DNA of 58,692 nt, the filler included, from Sphacelaria rigidula (taxonomy: Eukaryota), in assembly GCA_964200075.2 (NCBI GenBank). It is 6 parts of 6 records of this genome, joined end to end, with 100 filler letters (N's around TTAATTAATTAA, not from the genome) between each part and the next. Parts side by side here need not be neighbours in the genome. Positions count along the whole stretch, not along the records: positions 1 to 9,700 come from CAXNAA020007937.1; positions 9,801 to 19,500 come from CAXNAA020007938.1; 4 more parts are not named here. One strand, 5' to 3'. The notes under the pieces are model-generated. The model had not been told where the DNA came from. It saw only the letters and a list, made by a program, of their open reading frames with translations, and made no database searches. Numbering within the stretch: the stretch's first letter is position 1; the number at the start of each line of letters is the position of its first letter. Both the position numbers and the translations under genes were made by a program. Shown here piece by piece: positions 1-11,801 of this stretch.

Positions 1-75
1 GGCTGATGCACCCACATACACCGAAAGGTGTAGACTGGTGCCCAGAATAAATGGGACGACAACACACACACACAC
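1..75 (+). mobile_element. 3' end of the (CA)n-tailed SINE
   Basis: Near-identical to 30297-30370 (GGCTGATGC...GTAGACTGGTGCCCAGAATAAATGGGACGACAACACACAC). Confidence 0.75.
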
Positions 76-3000
76 CGATGACATGCTTCAACTTTAGAAT
101 GAGTCTCATTTTTATGTGGTGTGGGAGTGGAGTGTCTCGATGCAAGTTTGTCCCTTCTGAAGAGGAACTGCACTTGTCAAGAGTAAGGGTGGGCTGATGT
201 GATGGTATATGACCGCGTGCATGAATTAAAATAGTACTCTGGATATGACGACTGTTGTCACGAACGACCGACGACTAAGAAAGGAGGATTCTAGTCGAAT
301 ATGCACTTGTAAAGTAGAAATAGGATATACATGAGATGGTTGATTTAGCACCGCAGCTGCTCTAGGTACATTTCGATCAATTGGGGACGGGAAATCAGTC
401 TGTATATGGTTGAACACACGGGCACGTTGCTGCTGAAGCTTTGATTGGCCAGAAGCGCAACGCGTCAGGCTGATTTCGTAACATGGCAGTAGTACACGTG
501 GCGAGAAAGAGGTTTTTGCAAAAGCCCTCACCGCTCCTGCCAAGACACTCGTGCCTCCGACCCCAACAGTCTACCTTCTTTTGGAAATAGGGTTACAGTA
601 GAACGCTAATCAAGAGAACCCTTCAAGTCATCACCTACACTGTTGATATTTTCCCTTCTACTGGGTATTTGAGTCCACAGTTTGACCAACGTGAGTTGTT
701 GAGGCTGTGTGTATCATAACCCTTTGTGCATATATTTACCCTCGATCGTAGTTATATCAGGCTTGGTCCCTCATTCCCAAACAGCTGTTGCTGTTGTGTA
801 CTTGAGAATAGAGCTTTCAGCGAGTTTCACGAACTGAATTCGGGACAAGCTCGCTAACATCCCTTCCTTGGGGGTGCGGCTTGCTATATCACTGTAACAC
901 TACTACACTACTATTCTCTGAGACATGTGGGTGAGGGGATTCTCGGCAGCGGGTAGTGGTGAAATTTCGATTGTTGTGCCAACTCTGCCGTTAACTTATA
1001 CCCCTGTGGAAAAACGCGAGGCTTTTTTGAACGGTGTCTACATACATGCGTGCGTTCATGTATCTCGCAAGATATGGATACTTCCTTGCCGGTGGATACA
1101 CGGATCAAGCTGCCACATGCATATTATTATGCGACACCATGAAGGGAAAAATTAAAATCCTGTGTTTGTGCCGAATTCTGCCGTTTGTGTCACTGCGATG
1201 CACGCTTGTATGCGTCACTACGCATACAAATTGCGTTGCCAATTAATTGTAAGCAGTTCACACGTACCGCAGTACATCCTCCTCTCCATCTATTTCACAA
1301 ACCAAATCCACTCATACTTTTGATCGAGAGGATTCGCGCCAGAATATACCTACCAAGCAAGTACCATAGCGTAGAAATCAAGTAAAGACCAAGAACCTGT
1401 ATTATTCGCATCACTACTGTGTTCACTAGTGGGGTATAAGAGCTCCACCTGTGCGAACTAGCCAAGCACCACGAACTAGCGCACGGCGCTAGGGAAACTG
1501 CCAGAGATAAAGTGAACGCACCACACGATTGACATGCAAAGCGCACGAGATTCGCAATTCCAGTGACTCTGTATTTGGACTCAACGTCGATGCGTCCAGT
1601 AGGTACAAGACACGGGCAGTCCAACAGATTGTACTCGTCATCACAAAGGAGACACCGACCACCAGACGACCACCACAACAACCCACAATACATGCACTAC
1701 ACAGACAACTTGCCTCTACCCGCCCGCAGAACGCTCCAAGCGTACTTGGCGCCAGGCTACTACGGAAATGTAGAACCTGTCACAGCACAGCTGACTAAAC
1801 AGACATCATGTGCTCACTACCAGTATTGTGCATACTACGGTCATGCTTTTTCCACCTCAGCAGTGATCTCGATCCGCTACAATTGAGAGTTTAGTAAACG
1901 CGATAGCTGAGCCCCCAACATCTCCCTTGTAGCGGAAACACAATCTAGCTACATGTATTTCCGCTACAACCAAGGCAAAATTCAATGAATCTCTCCACGC
2001 GGGTGATACTACTGTACTTCGTGTACACTATTATAGAGTAAAACAGACATGGTGAGCACCGTAAAAACATCGCCGTGAAACACCAACATGCTACGTTTAC
2101 GTAAAAATCAAACATCTTCCCCACCGTGCGTAAAGTTTTCAACACACCCATTACGGTTCCCCGACTACCGTTACGATTGATCACACCAAGCAAATGAGTG
2201 AAATCCAGCAACGAACATGCAGAGGAGCCATGTTATATTGAACAGTCGGCGTATCTACCGTCACTCTGGAGATGTACGCCGAAATATCCCATAGGATCGC
2301 AGCTCGAACTGCGCCTATATGTGCTACCTATATCGCGTCCTGCATGTCCCCGAACTCGTTACCGAACACGTGTATAGGATCCGCACGTAGTGTACCACCC
2401 TTTCTCTAGACAGTATACGTTTTCCATTATTTTTGGCGCCATGATTTTCAGAATTGAGAACAACACCATGCAGTTGCTATCTGAGATCAAAAGAGATCAC
2501 TGAAACGGGATGTCAAGGTAACCACAAGTATCGTACATCCTGTACAAGTACAACAGAGAAATTGTCCCACCTATTTCTATTTCATGTGTATCCGGGCAAT
2601 AATCCCCGGTGGAAAACATGGCAATATATTGGTACCGACAGTACTGTACAGGGGAACACAGTGTACATCGAACACACCCCTGAGTACCACCCCGGTGGGA
2701 TTCGATGTCGTCTACACCGCATTCTACTACACTTGTTCTCAGAAGAAGTTAAGCACATATACAATTCAGTGCTCAACGATATCTGTTTTCCAAATGCCAA
2801 ACATTGCAAACAAAATGAAATAGCAAGCAAACAAACACCCGAGGTAGCCTTGGGCACCACCAACGAAGGTCAAGAGAATTACCCCCGTCGATCCGAATGA
2901 GGTGTAATTTATGCTCTCGACACACCTCGGATAACGTACTCCTGCTCGCATACGTCTTCGATAAGAGAAGAAGGCGGCGCAGGCTGCTGCACACTCGTTT

Positions 3001-3127
3001 GCCCACGAAGGGCAGAACACGCAAAATTTCACTTCCCGCCGGCATTGGTGTTGACTTGCCCCGCAACGTACCCCACATGGCAATACTGCCCGTTACGCGT
3101 TAAGCATTTTCCACTCCGCCTCGACCG

Positions 3128-6100
3128 TTACGCGCCTAGCTCGTACTGCTTGCCCCAAGCCACGGAAGCCCACGCGCGCTCATTGACGAAGAACAGCGCC
3201 TGGTGTGGCAAAAAAACAGCAACGGCCGTTGGCGGTATATTCGATTGCGGAATGGGAGGAGGGGGGTATTGTGGGCTTGGCGAGGCAGCAGTAAGGGCGA
3301 GGCAATTGCTTCCATTATTACAAGTGTGCTTGGTGTTAGATTGCTCGTCAAAGTCTTCAATTGGCCAACCCAGCCCACGGATAGAATGAAATACCATACC
3401 CGTCACATGATCATCAAACACACTGATTCTCACTTGAGCTCCTGCGCCCTGTACTACTGTACGGAGGGAATATAAGGAAACACGGTTGTGATCTGGACCT
3501 TATTCCAATCACTTCGCTGTCTCTTCGATGTTTTGCTTGTTGTCACAACACGGGGAAGACATCGAAATATGATGCTTACCGTCTTGAATACGGTGTCACT
3601 TCCCGCGATCTTAGACGCCACGCTCAAGTCCTTGGCCAGAAAGATACCGCAGATGAGGGTGTTGGAGGCCGCAAACAGGCGCCACAACGTGGCCTTGGCT
3701 AGAGATCGCTTAGCGCTGTCTCCCGTTTTTTCTTGCCCCCATTTGACCTGTGTGCGGTGGCATTGGTCGGGAGGGGAGAGCGGGAGGTTACTCTCAGCGC
3801 GCGTGGGGGGGAAAGGGGGTCTTAGTACCATCTGGGCGGCTTCCACAGATCAGGTAAGGAAGGGAACTTCCGAGAGAGAGAGTTTTATTGTGCGGAGGCT
3901 GCGATGCTTACGTTGTTCCACAGTCGCTCTCCGGCGAACATGGTGAAGCTCTTGGTGAGGAAATCCGAGGTTACGATGCTCATGGCCGTCGCCAGACTGC
4001 CTGAAAACGTCAAGCTGGATACCTGTGACACGGTGGGTTGCGCAAGGTTGGGAAATCGAAGGTGAGTTCGTCGGTGACGAGAAAAATGCGCCTTCCGAAA
4101 CAGAGCCTCGTGCAGTGATCGGGAGAGGGACAAAAGCAGAAACATACGAGGTCGGACAGTTTTTTTTCCAAATTTTTCAGCAATAAGATATTTGATTTTT
4201 GTCACAATGTTACCGCCATGAATACATACAGCCGTGATCTCAACAAAATAGGCGCACCCAATATAATAAACATTTTGAAGCGCTAGCTCGCTGTAAATAG
4301 CTAAAAAAAGGTGAAATATGAAGGAGGAGAGAGCCAGAGTAAACACCGACGAAAACAGTGAAGCGCCAGGCTGATATCTAGAGACGAAAAGTGAAACGCC
4401 ACGAGCAGCTGCTGTGAAGAGCACATGTGCCACTTCATCTTCCGCATTGTACGATCAATAGGCTCGCGGATCGGCTTTTCACGACCACTAAGTTGCACGT
4501 GCCTTTCAGGGCGCTTTCCTCTCTTGGAGACTCTCTTCCCCCCTATGCGAGGTACTGTTGCTGTGCTACTGTGCTCACCAGAGTCACCACAGCAGCGGTG
4601 AATCGCCAAGCGAGTGCCTTCACGAGGGACCGCTGGGCAGTCTCGCCGTACACCAGCTTCGCCGGTGATGGGACGGCGGAGTTGGTGGTCAGGGAGGGGA
4701 GTACTCCAGCAGCACCGGGAGTCATCGGAGCGGAAATTGCTGCCAATCTGACTTGCTCTCCGCGACCAACCTGGGGAAACATGGTCAATAAATACCCGGC
4801 GGTAGCAACGGCAATGAATGGATAATGCATATATACATCCAGCAACGGTAGTCATCCAGGACTGCTGTACCAGCTATAGCGCGGCATGACTGAATCCAGC
4901 CAGTGCGGCTGTGGCAGCATTTCCCACCGAGTCACCACCAAACGGACACACGTGGTGGTGTGCACATGTGCGTTTGTCCACATGAAAGGTTTTGTCACAG
5001 CGTAATCATAAAGCCGATAATTCGTGCACGAAGGAGGGGGGTATGGACATACAAATACGCAGTAAGATGGTTACGGTTTATTTCGGCACGAAAGGTGGTG
5101 CTGCATGCACTGCACAACGCAAGCAACAATGTCAAGAGCGCGCATACTCGAATTGAAAATCCTTCGAAAGCATAAACTTTTGCAATCGAACGTAACGTGT
5201 ACTGAAAATATAGCGTAAAAATAAAGATGACACGTGGCTCCTGCAATGCTGCGAGCTCTAAAGTTTGACTATTTTTTCTATATATACTCGGGACACTGAA
5301 CCTAACTAGAAATCCACTAGGCACATCAAAGATTGAACTGATAACAAGTAACTGCAGATACAGTACACCAACGCATGTTCACATCGAGCCTTCCTTTTTT
5401 TTTCTTTCAAGGCAACCTCTAATGGGTAAAGTGCACTATTCATCAATTTAATTTTGTATTTCATTTTCTATTTTTGTCGCAATTTGAATCCTTCCCCTTG
5501 CTTGGGATGAGTCCGTAGTCTGAAGAGACTAACCCATCTCTCCCCGGGACTATTTATCATACAAATAAAATATCGATATCACTTCGTATCTATGGAAAAA
5601 TGCCGTCCCCACTTTTCAGGATCGCATTTTAGTACCCACAAGGAAGAAGACCCCTGCAGCACTATTGTACAGTCGATTGAAGTAAATCAGCAGAACGTTT
5701 CTTATCAGCGCGTGTCACAGGAATCTCGACGATCGGGCTACAAATGCCCATGGTTGACACAATAATACTTGATTTGAGTCTTACAACGAGAATCAGATCT
5801 TTAGTACGGCTGACAGACCCGTGTGTTCTTGGCGTGCGCAAAACGGGTTTTCGTTTTAATCGCCTATTTAGGGTCTACCAAGGCCGCACCTTGCCTAGGG
5901 AAAGTTGTGTACGGCCCTTGCCCGAGGGTTCTCGATATGCGTTGGGTTGGGGTGAGGGTAAGGGATAGCGATACAGTACTTGTAAAATGTGTCACCCATG
6001 AACATTTATTTGTAGCCCAACACCGGTTATCACCGGTTAACTAGCCTCCTGTCTATTGTGCATGACCGACCCTATACAAAAGCAGTGCTCCCTCTCACCT

Positions 6101-6392
6101 TGGTCTCGCTCGGCGCCCGCCGCCGCACCAAGGACAAAAAGCTGCCGCGGCTCTTGGTCTCCTGCTGCTGCTGCTGCTGCTGTGCATGCAACACATTCGC
6201 TGCAGCCCCGGCAGTACAGATACCATTCTTATTTGCTGGCTGTGGGGTAGATATGGTGGTGACGGACGAAAAACAGCCAGATTGGCGCGGAGCGGCGGCG
6301 AGTATCGTGGCGGGCGCTACGATGAAACTGCGTACTGGGGCCGCCGACGAGAGCAGTAGGACGGTAGTGGCTATTCTTCCCACTGCCATCAT
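3128..6392 (-). CDS. Plastid-targeted membrane protein with two tandem DUF2061-like units (5 exons, 278 aa)
   Basis: Exons 6392-6099, 4770-4579, 4022-3912, 3747-3580 and 3199-3128 all have GT..AG, phase-0 junctions and join into one ORF ending in TAA. N-terminus MMAVGRIATTVLLLSSAAPVRS-FIVAP looks like a signal peptide followed by Phe (ASAFAP-type bipartite targeting). Unit 1: ETAQRSLVKALAWR...TKSFTMFAGERLWNNVKWG. Unit 2: DSAKRSLAKATLWR...FKTALFFVNERAWASVAWG. Both fit the DUF2061 pattern RSxxKxxxWR...K...ERxW..xxWG. Confidence 0.85.
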
Positions 6393-7498
6393 CGTCAATG
6401 TCGTGTCAATCTTACGGCCGCGACTGGTAGTAGTGCGGACCGCTGCGACGGCGGGATGTTCACTGTTGATCATGATCATTCTGGTCGATGAGCAACAACA
6501 GGACAGACAGTAAATCAGTAGTGGGTGAAAGCTGGTTGGGATCTCGGTGTAGGGGAGACGGTGCCTGGTCCAGTACAGATGTGGACTTGGGTGCCGGGTG
6601 TTCGGGGAGCGAATGAAGCGAAGTGATTTGGCTGTGCATGCCGGCGGGAAGGGGTGGGAAAACACGACGGACCGGCGGGGGATCGTTTCGGGGCATTTTC
6701 CCGGCCCATTGCTACAACGGTCCGGTAGAAATTTCTCACGGTTCTCGGAACGAAGTCCTTCCGTTGTACCGAGTACACGTGGTTCGGAATAATGGGCCGG
6801 TGGATATCAGGCGCAACCTGCACATGGGTACCGCTATCAGCGGCTGTAGCCTCGGATCTGATTGGGTGATGCTGACAGTGCCAAGTGCCTCCAGCGTGCG
6901 CGGAGACGTTGGCAGTAGCGTTATTTATTCATAACCGTACATTTCCGTGATTTCATCTGTACTCAGTTAAAGTGCGACTGGCCTAGCTTGACTTTCACCC
7001 ACAGTCTAGCTTAAGGCATCACATAGTATAGCGTACAGTGTACTGATGTGCTGTCATTCGCACTGCTATGTACTATGTACTATCGTTTTTGCTAGTCAGA
7101 CGCGTCAGTAAGCGGATGAGTATGAACGCCCCTAAGCAGATAAATTGGGAGCTCGCAGTACGTACGGTTGATTCACCATGTTTTTGATCGGGACGCATCA
7201 TTGCAGGGTCTGTGCGATACAGGGATAACAGTATCATAAGCGGATTATACATGATCGGATACTCATGGTTGATGTAGAGGAGGACATATAACAATACTGT
7301 ACTGTGAAAAAATTTAAGCGGTTATGTATGTTCCGTTGAGGCAAAATGACAAGCTGGGCCGGGCACATGCGGCAGTTAGCTGGTGTAGGCCTGTGTACAG
7401 TTGGCGTAGAGCGATCTCCATCCCGCACCCGCGCCTCTCTGCCCCCTTGTGCTCTGTCTTGTGTGTGTGGATGTACTGTTGGGATTGCCGACGTAAAG

Positions 7499-9605
7499 CC
7501 GATTTCAAGAAAGAGATCATTTTGCGATGGTTGGACTACTTTAGTGAGACGTACGGAGATATCATGCCCCACAAGACTGCTGTGGCCATCTGCTCCGCGA
7601 CGAAGGAGGTGCTACTGGTGGTCAACGTTGCCATATTTATGCATCCGGTGCATACTCTATGCTTGCAGCAGCAGGAGGTTATGCAGTAGTACCCGTCCTA
7701 CTGTACGCTGTAATGAAGCCCCCCGCGATCGTTGACGTTTTCCACTTTTCAAGACCCATTTCTCTGGCAACGAATCTCGATTTGTACAAATTTGAGGATT
7801 CCAGCCCTTCTACTGGCGGTTTTCTCCCGTGGATTGATTTTTCGGACCCCAGTCCGTTGGGCAATGTTTTCCGGCTGACTGTGAGCAAAGCAGATCACTT
7901 CTCCGATTCTCTGGACGTTTATGTTCGGTATACCACCTCTCTTCTCTAATCGGGAGACTCCCGCACCTCCCCCGATTTTTTTTAATCCCCATATTTGTAC
8001 AAATCGAGAATCGTTGCCATAAAAGTGCGTCCATTTTGTCGATTACCCCGCCATTTTGAAAATTGAGGACGGTTTTTGTATTGAAGATGGACGTTGGGAA
8101 GCTTCATCGGCATCGAAATATTCGGGAAATAAAAACACATCTGCCCTCTCCGGCTATGATACTCGGCCTCGCGCATCCTCAACAAGAGTCCATCTTCAAT
8201 TTGTGAAATCCTATATTTTTCATAACTATTTCTCCCTCCGGTCACGCCGGTATCAGAAACCGTTCCTATTTTTCATAATTCCTGAGAAACACGGGATTTC
8301 ACAAATTACGGGTGATTTGTTTTTTCTAGGATGGGCGACGCCACCTCATCGCAGCCGGAGAGTACATTTGTATTTTTATTTCGAAAATATTTGGATGCTC
8401 ATGAAAGCTTTCCGGAGGTCAATCCTCAGTAAAAAATATATCCTCAATTTTGAGAAAAGCGTGTGAATTATTGCCGTAACGAGGCGGGTAACCCTGTATG
8501 TCGCAAGACGACGCAGTCGCCTCGGGGTTTCAATCGAAGCATAGGAGCGAGCGTCTCCTGCACCACGCCCGCAGGACCTTTGCTGCTCGTTCATAAAACC
8601 GCCACTACAACACCCCGACAACAATAACGCGTGCTGGCAGGAGTTCTCCGACGACTTTTGCAAAAAGGTTCGCCGGGTCCACCCTGACCGTCCAGAAGCG
8701 CGAGCGTCAAATACGTACTTCAAGCGAATCTGGAGGGAGCTCAGGTCGCACATCAAGTTTGGGTAGGCGGAGATCTCATGAAGTGCGACCTGTGCATCAA
8801 GCTGAAGGAGACCCTGCATGGAACTCCAGACGTGAAGCCTACAAGCGACTCAACATTTCTCAAGAAAGCCGCCGACGACCTCGCACTGCATCGGAAGGTG
8901 AACACCATACTCAGAGGCGCCGCAGTTATTCCCACCCTTGTGTTTCGATCATATATCACACGCGGGGGGAAGCATGAACCGTCGCCCTGTCAACAATTAC
9001 AGTAGATCGTGGTAAGAAATAGTTTGATTTGTGACCATTCGAAGGGAGTACAGTACGTCATGATGACTACGTCAGAAATGCTTCAACAACACGCGCCCCC
9101 ATTATGCGATGATGGTCCTGCACAGCAATCGAACGCATTCCTCCAAATGTACACTCCACGCTGCTTGCACTTGCTGTGATGGACAGATGATCCAAGCTGA
9201 TCGGCAGGTCATCGCAGACTACCACGTAAGCCGCGCTGCGAACAAAAGCTGATAGGAACCCGTTGGACTAGATCTCGCTGTCGGTAGACGCGGCAAACCA
9301 GACGACGATGCATATCCCTTGAAAAGTAAACCCCTTACATACGGCTCGGCCAGAGGTGATTATTTTTCAACGACAAGCCGGAATTACGGAGTTGTAGCCG
9401 TATCTTCGGTGACAATCCATTTTTGATGTCGTGTACTCTATCAACACTACCGAGCGACGTCAGCTAACCCTCGGTTCATGGTGTTCTACGTCGCTATAAT
9501 TCAACATGTTACAAGGGACTATGCAGAGCTCCAGAAGATCCGGTGTGCGCCAGTCGAAGGCCAGTGCGTCGAAGTGTTCTTCATGCCTCAGAATCTGGGG
9601 GCAGG
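7499..9605 (+). pseudogene. Intron-containing, decayed DDE transposase-like gene (Sola-like / DUF7869-type)
   Basis: Motifs in order: RWLDYFSETYGDIMP...TKE (7499-7608); YFKRIWRELRSHIK / MKCDLCIKLK...ALHRK (8641-8897, frameshift near 8765); KADRNPLD*ISLSVDAANQTTMHIP (about 9245-9319, putative first catalytic Asp); VEGQCVEVFFMPQNLGAG (about 9553-9605). Segments are bounded by AG/GT. Stops and frameshifts are present, and the contig ends at 9700. Family assigned from remembered motifs. Confidence 0.6.
7765..8455. repeat. Two adjacent foldback/MITE-like inverted repeats inside the transposase intron
   Basis: TGGCAACGAATCTCGATTTGTACAAAT (7765-) pairs with ATTTGTACAAATCGAGAATCGTTGCCA (-8018). About 8056-8230 pairs imperfectly with about 8280-8455 (AAAATTGAGGA...TCCTCAATTTT; TTTGTGAAATCC...GGATTTCACAAA). 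Confidence 0.7.
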
Positions 9606-9700
9606 TGCGCGGTTCTCCTAATCAAAAACTAACAGCAAATTGTGAGAATTGAGGTTTAACTCTGAATTGAGGCTCAAGTGGGCAACCCAACTTGCGAACT

Positions 9701-9800
9701 NNNNNNNNNNNNNNNNNNNNNNNNNNNNNNNNNNNNNNNNNNNNTTAATTAATTAANNNNNNNNNNNNNNNNNNNNNNNNNNNNNNNNNNNNNNNNNNNN
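9701..9800. other. Artificial contig linker (N44-TTAATTAATTAA-N44); also at 19501-19600, 29299-29398, 39097-39196, 48895-48994
   Basis: Five identical 100-bp spacers with a core that puts stops in all six frames. They separate contigs of 9700/9700/9698/9698/9698/9698 bp. Confidence 0.98.
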
Positions 9801-10036
9801 CATCGATCGGGAGTTTCATAGAGATATTAGTATTGGCGCTATCTCCCTTAAGTATAGGATTTACTAGACATGGGCTTTAAGCAACGAGAAAATATGGGCC
9901 CAAACTTTTGAGCATATGGGCACCTTCCCCTTGATTGGACGATTAATGCGAAATGCGGATCACGGCCCAACTCGTCTGTGTCGGTGAGATATTGCTGTGA
10001 GAGCTTAAATCCGTTTTTAGGCTGGCCCAGCTCGTA
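9801..10036. mobile_element. End of Tc1/mariner-like non-autonomous element (terminus GGCTGGCCCAGCTCG-TA)
   Basis: About 230 bp similar to 14930-15168. The same terminus followed by TA occurs at 10020-10036, 15152-15168 and 49560-49576. Confidence 0.6.
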
Positions 10037-10333
10037 TAGGACGTGCTTTTGGCGACGGGAGGACGTCTCCGTCCCGTCCCCTCGTTTTTTCGACAACAGG
10101 AAAGCGTTCCCGTCCCGCCCCGACCCGTCCCCACCCAACGGGAAAACGTTTTCGTCCTGTCCCATCCTCACGTGAAAAATCCCGGCGTTTTTTACCGCGG
10201 GAATTCCCATCGCATGGGACGGGAACTTGGGTACATCTTCACCTATGTGCGATGCGGGAACATTTTTATTTGTTCAGATTCCGGTTCTACATCCTATTCT
10301 TGACTTACATTTCACATGGAAGGATGAACGGTC

Positions 10334-10519
10334 ACAATTGTCCACACCTTGGACAATATATGGTCAACAGATGCAATAGATGAGAAGTGTACTGCATGAC
10401 GTATAGGCCTATTGCAACTATTGCCGGCCGGCAATAGTTGCAATAGGCCTATACTCTAAGCAGTACGGTTCTTGTCTATTGCAACTATTGACCATATATT
10501 GTCCAAGGTTTGCAATTGT
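10334..10519. repeat. Foldback with a perfect 54-bp palindrome core (10401-10454)
   Basis: GTATAGGCCTATTGCAACTATTGCCGG|CCGGCAATAGTTGCAATAGGCCTATAC is a perfect palindrome. Outer arms CCTTGGACAATATATGGTCAA and TTGACCATATATTGTCCAAGG also pair. Confidence 0.9.
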
Positions 10520-10646
10520 CGTAACCAGGGCTTGTGACGGGACTTCGGGACGGGAAGGGACAGGAATTCTCGTCCCCTCGACATCCGCTAGACGACACGG
10601 GACCGTCTTCCCGTCGCAGGTATGGGACGATCAAATTTTGGGCTAT

Positions 10647-11227
10647 GGCCTAGAAAAGGTATACCTTCTCGTTTTTTGCCTGAGTAAGGTACGAAAAATG
10701 GCCAGAAACGCGAAAACAGCCGAACACGCCATTTTGACCGTTTTCGCTACAAATTTTTCACGCACATCATTCGCGGTGAGCATTAGCACCCGGGCCTGGG
10801 AAAAAACGGGAAAATAATATGTTGCTCGAGAGATATGGCCCGCGAAAACGGACGTCTCGCCTCCAGAACCCGCTCACCTTTTGTAGGCCAAATTTCGCCA
10901 AGGTATAGCTGATCTAGGAATTATTTTTCAATCGTACCGTATCTGGGACACCGATCAGCCGAGAACGTACCTTCGCTAGGCCATCGTTCTATACACTGTA
11001 CCTGATGCGGCACATCGCGCGCCAGGGAGTCTACGCGCCAACTCCAACCATGGCGCCCACACATTGGGCTTTTTTCCCGCTCATTTGCCGTTCACGGACG
11101 CCACAACGACCACGCCCCTTTCTCGCCGGAAATGGTTTTCGGGTCTCTCCGCATAGACACAATAAATGGACGCACAACACACAGCGCGTCGGTCTTTTGT
11201 GATCCTGTGGGTTGTGGAACACTGTTG
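10647..11227. mobile_element. MITE with GGCCTAG TIRs (10647-10982) plus about 245 bp of shared flank; second copy inverted at 54097-54679
   Basis: Left end GGCCTAGAAAAGGTATACCTTCTCG and right end CGAGAACGTACCTTCGCTAGGCC form imperfect TIRs. The whole block is homologous to the reverse complement of 54097-54679. Confidence 0.75.
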
Positions 11228-11801
11228 CACTGTTGCGGTCTCGTTTGATGGGAACTTGTCAAATCGCAGTGCTGCGTGAAGTGAAAGACGCGCGTTCATT
11301 CGCAGATTGCCACGATGTGTCATAGTAGGGACAACTTGCGATAAATCGTCAGTTAGACCCGGCTGAAGGAAAGTCCGCTTCTTGGGCGGCTCAGCCTGTA
11401 GGAGCACGCCAGGAGCACAGCCCCCTTCAAAGATCCAGATTTCGGTGTCTACACTAAAGTCCAATGCTGCACTGTCCACAAGCCGTAAATTTCCGAGAAC
11501 TTTCTTGAACTGCCAAGTGGTGTAGTCTAGTGCTTTTGCCGTGCATCGGTTCGCGCCCTGCGCTGCCCCTGGGGTGCTGTGACTGCACACTGTTTGTAGC
11601 TTTTCTGTACGTCACTGGAAGCAGGTACGCATGGAAACAGTGAATTGTTGACTGTTGTGTGCAGTTGAGAGAGATGTCACCCTGATCGATACCGTTGTAT
11701 TTATCCATTGGTGAAAAATATTCTCACTTATGATACGGTACAGCAGCTGCAGCAGCAGTGCCAACAGTAAGAAGAGTAAGGTGAAGTGGATTCTACATTT
11801 C

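Noticed and set aside
2432..2445. TGGCGCC PBS-like motif after LTR-like sequence
   Set aside because: The match is too short, with no paired LTR or gag/pol downstream.
9745..9756. TTAATTAATTAA repeated at about 9.8-kb period
   Set aside because: It is an assembly linker inside N runs, not a biological repeat or CRISPR-like array.
11005..11222. Duplicated small ORFs (MRHIAR...) also at 54063-54345
   Set aside because: They are chance ORFs in a dispersed repeat, with no recognisable protein motifs.
11230..11590. 169-aa minus ORF (YTTWQFKKVLGNLRL...)
   Set aside because: No recognisable motif, and part of it runs into a repeat.
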